NCBI GenBank assembly: GCA_964016885.1
Contig: OZ024744.1
Span: forward strand, 8,370,001-8,434,000
Direction: 5' to 3'
From: Eledone cirrhosa
Lineage: Eukaryota
Length of the DNA: 64,000 bases
Below the pieces are notes generated by a model. The model had not been told where the DNA came from, searched no databases, and saw only the letters and a list, made by a program, of their open reading frames with translations. Numbering within the stretch: the stretch's first letter is position 1; every line of letters starts with the position of its first letter. A program made the position numbers and the translations under genes. Below are positions 42,263 through 55,299 of this stretch, piece by piece.

Positions 42263-43838
42263 GTGGTGACCGACGTAAGAATATCACGCAGCCCTTCTTA
42301 TTCATTCAGTTTAACTTTTATTGCCACGTCGCAACTTGCGAAAATCCAGAATATTCCTTTTAAGATTTTTGAAAAATTGGCGGAATTTCAAAAACTTTTT
42401 CGCCACGAAAAAATTTCAAGATGGCTACCGACATGTCATGGCTACGCTTGACAACAACAATGACAGCAGCAGCGACAGCGTTGTTTAACCACTGACCAAT
42501 ACAGGCAACAGTGAGTGACAGCTTCATAACCTTACCAACGCCAACCACCACACATCGGAAATTTCAAAACGGCTTGTAACTTTACCGACGCAACCACCAT
42601 ACCTTCTGTCTCGTTACCACAGGGACGCGAGAAATTGAGACAGTAGTTTTCTCACCATTATGGCGTCAGACGTGACTGCCATATTTGGTGACTCCTACTC
42701 TACAGAAGATTCTTTGACATTACTTTAACAATAAGCAACACAACCGTGTGGCGGGACGGGAAAATGGCCACGAAATCTCACAAAAACACCATACATCTAA
42801 CCCCTAATGGCATTAACAAACTTCTTTTTCAGTTTTCGGACAGAACTAGTGTCTGTACACTGGTGAAGTGTGAACTATTTGACTTTGAAAAACTTTGAAC
42901 TTATTGAGCAATTTCTCTGCTCCCCTAGATTGACTTTGAATTATCAGTTTGTTACATTCACATATTTCTTTGTAGAATGCATTTACTTGTTTTGTGCTCT
43001 TTTGCTATTTGCTTGCTCATGGTTTTTGTTCATTCACATTCTTTGCTGTTTTACATGCCTGCATATGCACACATTTTTTTATCACACACCAACATGTTGT
43101 TCTTGGTATATGTTCTTCAAACGTAATATTCTGCGAGTCCCTTTTCACCTGGTTGAGATGCTGGCAGCTCACAGAGCTTAATCCACTGGATTCAAACAGT
43201 CACCGCAACACGAGAATACTAATTGCCGCTGAACTCAAACAGCTTCGCATCTCGTTGCACACTGATCGTCCAGGACGGCCATCCGTCTTGTTGTTTTTGC
43301 CCGACTCGCTGGGAAAGCAACAAATTGAACTGGACTTGTTAGCATTTCGGCCACTTCTGTGGATTCGCCCGAATTATGGAATTTACACTGCAACCCACCT
43401 ACAGATTAAACTTGCCTTTTGTTCTTTACAAAGCAACCAACCATTTTTTCCTGGCTCCACAGCACATTCGACAATACATCTGGGGGCCATCATTTTCTCG
43501 CCAGCACTGGTAAACTACCATAATAGCTTCGTTCACAGCTACTGGTACAACGCTTACCATTAACATTTAATGCAAGAACAGCAACTTCGCCCATGTCAGA
43601 CTTTATCCGTTTTTTGTTAGACCTTTGGCGGTCACGTATAAACAACAAAGCAACTGGTCATTTGACACAGCGGCTCAACACGGCCCGTAGCGCCTCATTT
43701 TTTGTTCTTGCATGCAACCTTCTGCTCAATTATTTTTTTCACTGATGTGCTATTTCAGCATTTGTTCTTGCTGATTTAATATGTGAGTCCTTGGTTTCTT
43801 CGTTATCGATTTTCGGCTGAAAATCTGGTTGGAGGTGA
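42263..43838 (+). mobile_element. Non-coding internal region of a non-autonomous LTR element
   Basis: PBS at start, PPT-like GGTTGGAGGTGA at end; inverted near-identical copy at 48066-49633. Confidence 0.85.
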
Positions 43839-44391
43839 TGTAGTGACCTACATTCCGCGGGCTCACATACATTCTCTGTGCGTGATTTGGCTCAGTTCAG
43901 CCAATCAGCGCCAGTAGAAGAGGATGTATCCCTACGCGCCCTGAGGAAGAAATTCACCGCGAAGATTTGAAGAATCTCGCTCTTGTACCGGAAACTTCAA
44001 GCCAGCAACACGCATAATGTAACAGTGAGATATTGCACCACTAGCCTCGCCGGCTTAACGGCGCAATGGCACATTCCATTTTGTAACCTCTTTTTATCTG
44101 TAACTTCAACCATATAAATAAACAAACATTGCATCTCTAATTACTGCGGTTGAAGTCGTTGTTATGTTACTCGTGTCTCCATGACATCTTTAATCCATGC
44201 TGCTGGAATTGGCGACCTGACGAAAGGAATATTGTGAATAGATGGTAAATAGATCGAGGGACCTTTCCTCACGTCTATGTCAACAAGATAATCCAACGAG
44301 GATACTATCACTTACCACACTGGCAACTAACGACCACTGATTCTACCACCCTGCTAAAGTGGCGATAACATCTACAACTAATACTGCTAAA
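43839..44391 (+). repeat. LTR type B, copy 1 (553 bp, TG...AA)
   Basis: Matches 47516-48065 and 49634-50186 (-); 3' flank GGTT. Confidence 0.9.
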
Positions 44392-45501
44392 GGTTCTTTG
44401 CTACAGAGAGTACACTGCCCATGCAGTGAGTTTGCTCCGATTTAGTGCACAGTCTCTACTGACCTTCATATTTTGTTAACATTTTAATGTTCTTTGCAAC
44501 TTCAAAAGCAGAATCCCAATTCTTCCACAAACTTCCTAGTTTCATTTGGGACAGAATATAACGTCTTCTACTTTTCGTCATCTGCAACCATTTTCATCCT
44601 CCAGTCACCTGGGATTTAAATGTGCTGATTGAGTCCTGTTTTGTCTAGAGAGAGACGATCCAGATCTGATTTCTATTACAGGTGAACATTTTCCTTATGT
44701 TGGTGTCTATTCTCTTAATTTCGTTAACGTTCCAATTTGTAAAACTGTAGGTGACAACAGGGATTCCAAGCGCATTTATGGCAGATAATTTATTTCTTAA
44801 GTTAAGCTCTGTTTTCATGACAGCAGGTACTCTCAAGTAGCATTCCTGATCCTCTCTTTCATGCTGGCATGATGAATATCTTTGGTCCTTTGATATATGT
44901 AGGCTTGTTCTTGTTCTAGTTCCCTAATGTATTCACATCTATTTCCATTGAGTTTGTGCTTGTCATTCTGCCTTTCTTCAATGTTGCTTTGGCACATTTA
45001 TCCAATCCAAACCCCATCCCCACATCATCCCTGAACACCTTAACTGTCTTCAGCAGTCCTCCAATTTGTTGTCATTTTTGTCATATAACATCAAGTCATC
45101 CATATAAAGCAGATGATTTATTGTTTTACTGTCTATTTTGTAGCCATATGTTGTTGAGTGCTAAAGACGGCGGTGTGAGTGTAATGTAAAATATCAGAGA
45201 AGAAAAGGAATCACCCTGAAACATACCACAGTTCATACTTATGTTGCTATATAATGATAGGTTTGTATTCCATATAGACATGTTATATTTCAGGAAGTTT
45301 GATATTACTGGGGAAATCTTTAGATCAATATAGAGCTCTTCTGTTGTTTCTTTGTGCAGTTCAGCGCCAGGGAGTGATTAAGATACCACCCCTAAGACGA
45401 TTATCAACCAAGATTAATGAGTTTTGTCCTGCTCATGAGACACACCTGTTCCCCACCTGCTATTTCTGTGATATGTGTTTTATTATTATTAGTGATGTCC
45501 T
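44392..45501 (-). mobile_element. Degenerate R4/Dong-like RT fragment, inverted relative to its continuation at 50187+
   Basis: GMFQGDSFS, LYG.LDV, NKLSAINALGIPVVTYSF, HGQ..KEP. Confidence 0.75.
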
Positions 45502-45728
45502 TTTAGCAGTATTAGTTGTAGATGTTATCGAGATGCAAGTGACATAATAACAGCAGAAATTAGAGATGAAATATACGTTTATTTTTTTGTTGTAGCACAA
45601 ACAATGGTGTTGTACAGAGGCTGGTATCTGGCGTGTGATCCGTCGGCTTTCCAGTGGCTGTCTGTCTTTTCTTTCTGGCGTTCTCAACCGGCGTTGTTCT
45701 ATCAAGGAGCGTGAGGCGTCTTACTACA
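45502..45728 (-). repeat. LTR type A, copy 2
   Basis: Reverse complement of 42037-42262; its 3' flank reads AGGA. Confidence 0.88.
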
Positions 45729-45959
45729 GTACCTCGAGCCAGATTTTCAAATTATTGAAAATCGATGTCATTACTCACATGTGGAGTAAGATGGCGAACA
45801 ATGCAACAAGGGGGAGGTATCCGCTCTAGCAAAAATTGAATCCAGAATAAGGATTTGAAAAATGTTAAAAAAAAAAAACGACATGCATGCATAATAAAAA
45901 ACAAGGCAAAGAAAAAGCAGAAACACAGAGGCCAAAAAAAAGGTGCAGCTAACATAGTC

Positions 45960-47502
45960 TAAATATAGACGGTGCTGCAAAGTTTTTTTGGGCCAGTGGA
46001 CCCTACGACCTGAACGGGTCGTGGTCTTGTAACGTGGCGATGGTGGTGGTGTAGGGACAGGCGATGATGGTGGATCAGGAACAGTCGTTCGCTCAACAGG
46101 CAAATACGAAGGGGTTCGTGGATCAGGAACCACAGCGTCCGTATCAAGGTGCGCCTGCTTAAGCCTGTCTAATGTAACTGTGACCCTGGACCCCTTAATA
46201 TCTAACGTGAAATGCTTAGCCGAGCGCGCTAAGACACGGTAAGGTCCAGTGTAAGGCTGTGTGAGCGGGGGCTTCACCGTATCATTCCTTACAAAGACAT
46301 GCGTCCACGAGGCAATATCCCTCGGGACAGCAGTCTTGACAGTTTGTTTCCTAGTGTCCATTGGCGGCAAATCCTGGAAATAGGAGCGCAAACGGGACAC
46401 GTAGGAAGTGTGATCTTGGGCATCAAGATCGATAGGGGCAAGCATTTGCCCGGGCAACGTCAGAGGGGCACCGTACAGTACTTCGGCCGGTGAAAATCCA
46501 AAGTTGACCTTCACCGTTGACCGAATCCCTAGTAGCACAATAGGGAGGTACTCGCTCCAATGCGCCGAGTCCATTGAGGCCATTAAGGAGGCCTTCAGTT
46601 GGCGGTGAAAACGCTCCACCATACCATCCGAAGCGGGATGGTATGCCGTAGTTCTAATGCGTTTAGCACCAATTAATTTTGACAGCTCGAGGAAAAGGCT
46701 CGACTCGAACTGTCGTCCACGGTCGGTAGTTATTGTGGATGGAAATCCATAACGAGAGATCCATCCAGACACAAGAGCACGTGCTGTTGTCTCCGCGGTG
46801 ATGTTCTTCAAGGGGATGGCCTCAGGTCATCTCGAAAAACGGTCAATGACGGTAAGTAGATAAGAAAAACCATCGCTGACAGGCCAAGGTCCCACTATGT
46901 CAATATGAATATGCGAAAAACGCGCATCTGGGTTAGCAAAGGTACCCAGGGGAGTCTTGACGTGTCGATGGACCTTTGATTTCTGGCAAGCGACGCAGGA
47001 ACGGCACCAAGCAGCAATTTCACGCCTCATATTAGGCCAGAAAAATCTAGCTGATATGAGCTTTGCTGTGGCTGAAGATCCTGGATGCGAGATACAATGT
47101 AATCCCAGAAACACGGTCCGACGATGATTCTCTGGAACGAAGGGCCTAGGCACGTCCAAAGGGACATCGCAGAGAATTTGGCCAACTGCAGTCGACAGAG
47201 GCAAGTATTTCATCTCGCAATTCGCAAACTCGGGCGATGTGACATCCAGTGACTCAAGGGGAGGCTGATCCGCAGCCAAACGAGTCAGATCTATGTCAGA
47301 GGGTGACGAGATCGCTGTCACGGGTAAGCGGGACAAAGCATCGGCCGCTGTATTTAGTGAACCCGGAATGTGCTGGATATCACTCGTATATTGCGAGATG
47401 AAATCAAGGTGTCTCGTCTCTCTGGGCGAGTATTTATCAGCCTTCGCTCTCAAAGCAAAAGTCAATGGTTTATGGTCAGTGAGGATAGTAAATTGTCTAC
47501 CC
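45960..47502 (-). pseudogene. Ty3/Gypsy pol fragment: RNase H end plus integrase (HHCC, DDE, GPY), one premature stop
   Basis: TDHKPL, H..SHPG..CVAC, HIDIVGP, TDRGRQF, GMVERFH, YTGPYRV; TGA in place of W at 46827-46829; PBS joined directly to RNase H (gag-RT deleted). Confidence 0.93.
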
Positions 47503-47515
47503 TCGGGGTCACCAC

Positions 47516-50186
47516 TTTAGCAGTATTAGTTATAGATGTTATCGCCGGTTTAGCAGGGTGGTAGCATCAGTGGTCGTTAGTTGCCAGTGTGGTAAGTGAT
47601 AGTATCCTCGTTGGATTATCTTGTTGACATAGACGTGAGGGAAGGTCCCTCGATCTATTTACCATCTATTTACAATATTCCTTTCGTCAGGTCGCCAATT
47701 CCAGCAGCATGGATTAAAGATGTTATTGAGACACGAGTAAAACAACGACTTCAACCGCAGTAATTAGAGATGCAATGTTTGTTTATATATATGGTTGAAG
47801 TTACAGATAAAAAGAGGTTACATTAGGGAATGTGCCATTGCGCCGTTAAGCCGGCCAGGCTAGTGGTGCAATATCTCACTGTTACATTATGCGTGTTGCT
47901 GGCTTGAAGTTTCCGGTACAAGAGCGAGATTCTTCAAATCTTCGCGGTGAATTTCTTCCTCAGGGCGCGTAGGGATACATCCTCTTCTACTGGCGCTGAT
48001 TGGCTGAACTGAGCCAAATCACGCACAGAGAATGTATGTGAGCCCGCGGAATGTAGGTCACTACATCACCTCCAACCAGATTTTCAGCCGAAAATCGATA
48101 ACGAAGAAACCAAGGACTCACATATTAAATCAGCAAGAACAAATGCTGAAAGAGCACATCAGTGAAAAAAATAATTGAGCAGAAGGTTGCATGCAAGAAC
48201 AAAAAATGAGGCGCTACGGGCCGTGTTGAGCCGCTGTGTCAAATGACCAGTTGCTTTGTTGTTTATACGTGACCGCCAAAGGTCTAACAAAAAACGGATA
48301 AAGTCTGACATGGGCGAAGTTGCTGTTCTTGCATTAAATGTTAATGGTAAGCGTTGTACCAGTAGCTGTGAACGAAGCTATTATGGTAGTTTACCAGTGC
48401 TGGCGAGAAAATGATGGCCCCTAGATGTATTGTTGAATGTGCTGTGGAGCCAGGAAAAAATGGCTGGTTGCTTTGTAAAGAACAAAAGGCAAGTTTAATC
48501 TGTAGGTGGGTTGCAGTGTAAATTCCATAATTCGGGCGAATCCACAGAAGTGGCCGAAATGCTAACAAGTCCAGTTCAATTTGTTGCTTTCCCAGCGAGT
48601 CGGGCAAAAACAACAAGACGGATGGCCGTCATGGACGATCAGTGTGCAACGAGATGCGAAGCTGTTTGAGTTCAGCGGCAATTAGTATTCTCGTGTTGCG
48701 GTGACTGTTTGAATCCAGTGGATTAAGCTCTGTGAGCTGCCAGCATCTCAACCAGGTGAAAAGGGACTCGCAGAATATTACGTTTGAAGAACATATACCA
48801 AGAACATGTTGGTGTGTGATAAAAAAAAATGTGTGCATATGCAGGCATGTAAAACAGCAAAGAATGTGAATGAACAAAAACCATGAGCAAGCAAATAGCA
48901 AAAAACAAGTAAATGCATTCTACAAAGAAATATGTGAATGTAACAAACTGATGATTCAAAGTCAATCTAGGGGAGCAGAGAAATTGCTCAATAAGTTCAA
49001 AGTTTTTCAAAGTCAAATAGTTCACACATCACCAGTGTACAGACACTAGTTCTATCTGAAAACTGAAAAAGAAGTTTGTTAATGCCGTTAGGGGTTAGAT
49101 GTATGGTGTTTTTGTGAGATTTCGTGGCCATTTTCCCGTCCCGCCACACGGTTGTGTTGCTTATTGTTAAAGCAAAGTCAAAGAATCTTCTGTAGAGTAG
49201 GAGTCACCAAATATGGCAGTCACGTCTGACGCCATAATGGTGAGAAAACTACTGTCTCAATTTCTCGCGTCCCTGTGGTAACGAGACAGAAGGTATGGTG
49301 GTTGCGTCGGTAAAGTTACAAGCCGTTTTGAAATTTCCGATGTGTGGTGGTTGGCGTTGGTAAGGTTATGAAGCTGTCACTCACTGTTGCCTGTATTGGT
49401 CAGTGGTTAAACAACGCTGTCGCTGCTGCTGTCATTGTTGTTGTCAAGCGTAGCCATGACATGTCGGTAGCCATCTTGAAATTTTTTTCGTGGCGAAAAA
49501 GTTTTTGAAATACTGCCAATTTTTCAAAATTCTTAAAAGGAATATTCTGGATTTTCGCAAGTTGCGACGTGGCAATAAAAGTTAAACTGAATGAATAAGA
49601 AGGGCTGCGTGATATTCTTACGTCGGTCACCACTTTAGCAGTATTAGTTATAGATGTTATCGCCACTTTAGCGGGGTGGTAGAATCAGTGGTCGTTAGTT
49701 GCCAGTGTGGTAAGTGATAGTATCCTCGTTGGATTATCTTGTTGACATAGACGTGAGGGAAGGTCCCTCGATCTATTTACTATCTATTCACAATATTCCT
49801 TTCGTCAGGTCGCCAATTCCAGCAGCATGGATTAAAGATGTCATGGAGACACGAGTAAAATAACAACGACTTCAACCGCAGTAATTAGAGATGCAATGTT
49901 TGTTTATTTATATGGTTGAAGTTACAGATAAAAAGAGGTTACAAAATGGAATGTGCCATTGCGCCGTTAAGCCGGCGAGGCTAGTGGTGCAATATCTCAC
50001 TGTTACATTATGCGTGTTGCTGGCTTGAAGTTTCCGGTACAAGAGCGAGATTCTTCAAATCTTCGCGGTGAATTTCTTCCTCAGGGCGCGTAGGGATACA
50101 TCCCCTTCTACTGGCGCTGATTGGCTGAACTGAGCCAAATCACGCACAGAGAATGTATGTGAGCCCGCGGAATGTAGGTCACTACA
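47516..50186 (-). mobile_element. LTR B - non-coding internal region - LTR B
   Basis: LTR B at 47516-48065 and 49634-50186, PBS after each. Confidence 0.9.
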
Positions 50187-50419
50187 AACCTGATGTAGAT
50201 AAACTCTCACCCATCAAAGGTTGTGGAGTTTGGGATTAATCGCGGACAGTGAGGACTTATATTTCGGCTGTACGAGACCAATGTCTGAAAATGGAGGAAA
50301 AATGGTATAGCCATCACCCAGACGCAGTAACAGAACGCGAGAAATGAAATTGAACAGAATTGTCTCTCTAGTAATAATAGATTTAAAACCACTAATAGAA
50401 AGAACCGGTCTCCTTATAA

Positions 50420-50931
50420 TTGTTTGCTACCTACTCCTAGCAATGAGTTCATGATTAGTTCTAATTGATACCTTAACCAAACGCCTTCTGTATTACTAAG
50501 AATCCATACACTACTACGTATAATGACTTAAAAATACTCTAAACATACCTATAGACCCTCCTAAAACTGTTAGTACTCCATGCCGAAATAGATTCGTGAT
50601 CTGTCCTGGTTTAATCCCCCGTTCTCCCACAATGTAGCGTCTAACCTCCCTAAAAGATTCTTCTCCCTCTTCCGGAACAATTTCCCTCCTAACCATAGGT
50701 ACTATAAATTATTTAACAAAAATAATGTTGAGATTTCTTTCTCTACTACTCCTAACTTGGCCGATTATATTGCTTTTAGTAACCACTAGCAGAATGGCCC
50801 GGCGTTGCTCGGGATTTGCTCTAGGGTTCTTATATATTTGATATATGTTTATCCTTATCCAGCCTCGTGAAATAAATACGTTTGTTTATATTTTGTTATT
50901 ATGTATGCAAAAATATCTGTACACGAATATA

Positions 50932-50994
<63 letters not shown>

Positions 50995-51023
50995 TATTTT
51001 CCGTTGTGTTGTAATATAAATAT

Positions 51024-51079
<56 letters not shown>

Positions 51080-52930
51080 TAACAGATTAAAGTTTAAGCA
51101 AAGAATCGTTGCTTTCACCCTTATATACATATATATATACACACACGCACATACACAGCTACGTCATAATGTCGTAATGCAGACAGCCAGACATACAGAC
51201 AGATAGTATAAGGGCGCAACGTTATATCTATGTATCTATCTAAAAAGAGAAAGACTAAGAGTTATAGAGATATCGCTAAATCACCTAATGCGGTCCGTAG
51301 AGCATTGAACATTTGAAATCTCTTTGCTCAAAACACTCACAGGAACATGAGTATTACTTGTGTGAAGTTTGAAAACAATCGGTTGGGTGGTTCTCGAGTT
51401 TCAGTGATCGGACAGACATTCTCTATTTTAGATATATAGATAAGAAATTAAAACAAGATAGTGTCTCCCTTTCTGTTAATTTACCGGTACCACATAACCT
51501 TTTATATACGAATAATTCTAACATTAATAGTTATTCTTTTCACTCTCCTATCACCTCACCTTCAAATGATACGCCTACTAATTCTGCCCTTTACCTACAA
51601 TATCTACAGCCTCTAACTGTAACTGTAATTGTAGAGATCCTAATAATTGCTCTCTGAATGGTCAATGTGTTACTAAAAATGTAATATGCACTGTAAAATG
51701 TAATGCACTGTAAAAAACCATAATGACACTAAAACATACATTGGAGCTACTGTTAACTCTTTCAAGACTCGTTTTAACTCTCACAGACATTCATTTAAGA
51801 ATAGTAATTTAAAATGTTCTACTTCTTTAGCCAGATATATACATACACTAAAACTCTCTAATATTGAATACTCTTTATTCTGGGATATCTTACAAAGGTT
51901 GTAAATGTCATTGTGGTCTCTGTTTATCGGAGGTTTATTTCATAACTATGTCTATGAATGATCGCAGTGAGATTGTAATTAACTGCCATCATTGTTTGGC
52001 ATTTCGCTCGCTAAGAGGGATTTTGATCCCACTCAGATTCCATTAGCTAAATTAGCTATTTCCTTTTCTCCCTTTTTTTTTTACTATTCCTTTCAACCCA
52101 CCTCTCCACTTATCTTACCTTCACATTTTAACTAGTTCAAATTTTGTTCCTAATTAATTTGCATCCTATTTTTTCTTTTTAATTATTTTATTTTTACCCG
52201 TGTTACATTAATACTATTTTTTCTTTACTCCCACTTATATTATTTTACATTATCACCCAGATCCTTTATCCCCTATTCTCCTTTTGTTAGTTATTTCCTT
52301 CTTTAACTATCCTATATTTTCACTTTTAATATAACCCACTCTTATGTTTAATTATTTTATAGGAATACAGTTCCTATTCTTTCCCTCTCTATATTTTTTC
52401 TCTCTAGTTTTAACCTCCTTTATCCAAGCCCTTCTCCTCCTTTTCTGACTAATTTCACCATGTTCTTTATAAACCCCTCCATTTTAATCCTTTTAATCAT
52501 TTAAATTTTAATCTCTTTCTATATTGTTTTATTTCCCTCTATATATCTTTACTGGTATAATTAGTATCCCAGTTGCCCTATCCCTTTCGTCCATAGCACA
52601 AAACATTACACCTATTTATACCCCATTTGCCTCACTCATTTTTATAATTATTTATAATACACTTGCTATAGTATCCCCCTATTTTATTTCTAGTGTTAAC
52701 TATCACTACTTTGGCCTTTCTCCTGCCTTTATACTCTCTATGACTATATTCTTTATATACCATTAACTTTTAAATCATTAATTTTGATTTTATATATAAT
52801 TTTCTTATTATTATTAACACCCCTTCTCCTTCTTTTAAATATTTAAATATTTATAATCGATATTATCATCTGTATGTGCAGAATACTATGTTTTCCGAAA
52901 CAATTGTCAGCCATTAAATATATTTGTACA
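50420..52930 (+). mobile_element. Degenerate PLE (linker plus GIY-YIG plus 3' region), Helitron-interrupted
   Basis: WFNPPFS, ISFSTTPNLADY, CNCR, YIGATVNSFKTRFNSH; HHR 3' half GAAAC-AATT-GTC at 52897. Confidence 0.8.
50786..51440 (-). mobile_element. Non-autonomous Helitron
   Basis: (-) strand 5' TCTATATATC, 3' hairpin CCCGAGCAACGCCGGG then CTAG; A|T insertion; removing it restores PLE frame SNH-KKLK. Confidence 0.85.
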
Positions 52931-53597
52931 AGAATTTGGTATTGTTTTCTCTAACATTTAATTTATATATATATATATGTTTGTGTGTGTGTGCGCGCGT
53001 GTTCGTGTGTGTGTGAGTGTGTTGTGTGTGTATGTTTGTGTGTGTGTGTGTGTGTGTGTATGTTTGTGTGGGTGTATCTGTGTGTCTGTGTCTGTATCGG
53101 TGTGTGTTTGTGTGTGTGTCTGTGTGTGCGTGTTTGTGTGTGTGTATGTGTGTGCGTGTTTGTGTGTGTGTATGTGTGTGTAAAATGTTGAATTCTAGAA
53201 GAGTTCGAAATTATTTGACAGCTCTTCTTCTTTGTGTCTCTAAAGTTTTCATTTTTTTTCTCATTCCTATATCTTTTAATGTCCTATATCTTTCACTTTC
53301 TTATATCTTCCAATTTCCTATAACCTGAAGCTCTACTTTATGAATGCGATTAATTTTATATCAATTTTGAGATTACAGTGAAATTTTAATATAATTCTGA
53401 TTATTATTGGAAGTTTTTTTTTTGTTTTTTTGCAGGTTTCTTTTCTATTTACGTGTATCGTATTTTTATGTGTAAACGGTTCTCTTGTATATCCAAGATT
53501 TCCTGCCTAAACCTGACTTGATATTTCCATTTTATTTCATTATGTTCTTCTTGGAATAGTTTTGACATATTTTATTACATGTTTCATTTAGTAAGAA

Positions 53598-53690
53598 GGC
53601 GTGTAACCCAGTAGTGGAGGAATTGGACACCTGATTCTAAGGTCGTGGGTTTGGTACCTGACCTGCGCAGTAAGTTGTGTTTTTCTAAAA
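53598..53690 (+). mobile_element. Degenerate tRNA-derived SINE head
   Basis: A/B-box-like GTAACCCAGTAGTGG...GGTCGTGGGTTTGGTACC. Confidence 0.4.
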
Positions 53691-54564
53691 AATACTTTGA
53701 TTTTTTTCCCGAGTACATTGCTCTGCCATCCAGAAGTTACGACCGGCAGATACTATCAGGTTTGGCAACAGTGTTTTCTTGCTTTGATCTAACGAATGGC
53801 TCCTTTATCTTTTATTGTATCCAATGAAATGTTGTACTTGGTTCTCCAACAGCTCACTGTCTTTGTACACTATTATTATTTTTGTATTTTCTCTGTTACA
53901 TTTTTTTTTTCAAATTTCCTTAGTCAGGCGTCTATGGCGAAAGAGGCTGCGTCGTGTACGAGACTGAACAAATTTAAAACAGACACTTTCTTCATCGAGG
54001 TCGTTTATTGCTTTGCCATAGAATTCTTTTTGTTATACAATTCCAGGACAACCTTCAATCAGTAGCCGTACTAACAAAGATGTTTCGACCATCTTCAATC
54101 TGCATTTTACCCAGGTTTAATTCATCTGGCACTACGTAATCCAGAGTGTCGTTTCTCTTTTACAACAAAAGAGTGAGATTTAAAGGATACGTTGCTGTTA
54201 ACCGAGTATGTAGAAACTTGCTCATTAGCTGGATATACGAGGAAACTGATCTCTATTTTTCATTATGTAGATAGTAAACGTATGACATATATAATCATAT
54301 GACAACGAAATTGTAGAGTCGTGGGGACGTCGGGTTGAAGGTTTGGTATTACTCGTTCCGGATCTCTCCGTTTTAAATTCAAGTCACAATGTGGTCATCT
54401 TGTCGAGAAGGATAACTAAGCTACCAGCCCATTGCTGGGGTTGATTCTTCCTGTATTTAACTGCTTCATTTTCTTCAGTCATGCAGCTATGGCGAAAAAG
54501 ATTGCGTCGTAGAGACTGAAAGGATTGAAAACAGACACTGTCCTCTTCAGTCAAGCCCTCATCA

Positions 54565-54960
54565 ACTTTTTACATATTCCATTTGGAAAGGAAGGTGAAG
54601 GTTTAAAGGGATGTGTTGCCTCCCCCACTCTATAAATAGATTTGTTAAAAGGTGGGTAAATGTAGCGAGGATGGCTCGAGCGAATGGGTCTATCTTAGCA
54701 TGTTCCTGTATGACGAGAAAGAGGTGAATGAGAGGCACTGCCCTATGGTGCACTGGGCGACGACGGTGGTTTCGAATCTGAAGGGTTTCTCAATTACCTC
54801 TGGGTAGTGACACCTACCATGGGCAATTCTGTTATTAATTTATTGTCATTTGTTACCTGTTTTTTGTTTGTTTGTTTGTTTGTTTGTTTGTTTGTTTTTG
54901 TTTATTCATTTTATGTAAATCCCCATTGTCCCTGTTTATCTGTCCTGGATAATTTCACAT
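54565..54960 (+). mobile_element. 3' remnant of the Tx1-like LINE family
   Basis: FVKRWVNVARMAR matches the C-termini of the 33.3-38 kb copies. Confidence 0.7.
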
Positions 54961-54980
54961 TCAATATCTAGTAAAGATAG

Positions 54981-55225
54981 CATCATCACCATCATCACCA
55001 CCATCACCATCACCATCATTATCACCATCATCATCATCATCATCACTATAATCATCACCATCATCATCATTATAATCATCACCATCACCATCATCATCAC
55101 CATCATCATTACCATCACCATCATCATCACCATCATCATCACCATCATCATTACCATCACCATCATCATCATCATCATCATCATCATCACCATCACCATC
55201 ATGATCATTATTATTGTCATTATTA
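54981..55225 (+). repeat. (CAT/CAC)n microsatellite
   Basis: Direct reading. Confidence 0.95.
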
Positions 55226-55299
55226 TCGCTGTCACGCAGCACAGATGGATAATACACCGGGGTATTTAGTCATCAGTCAAGTGACAACAATGACCTCAG

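Noticed and set aside
42994-43563. 189-aa ORF in the LTR internal region
   Set aside because: Broken in the sibling copy (48341-48901); only a faint resemblance to a LINE endonuclease N-terminus; not supportable as a gene
54936-55257. Poly-M and poly-D ORFs (acidic biomineral-like protein)
   Set aside because: (CAT/CAC)n microsatellite between TE fragments, with no gene structure
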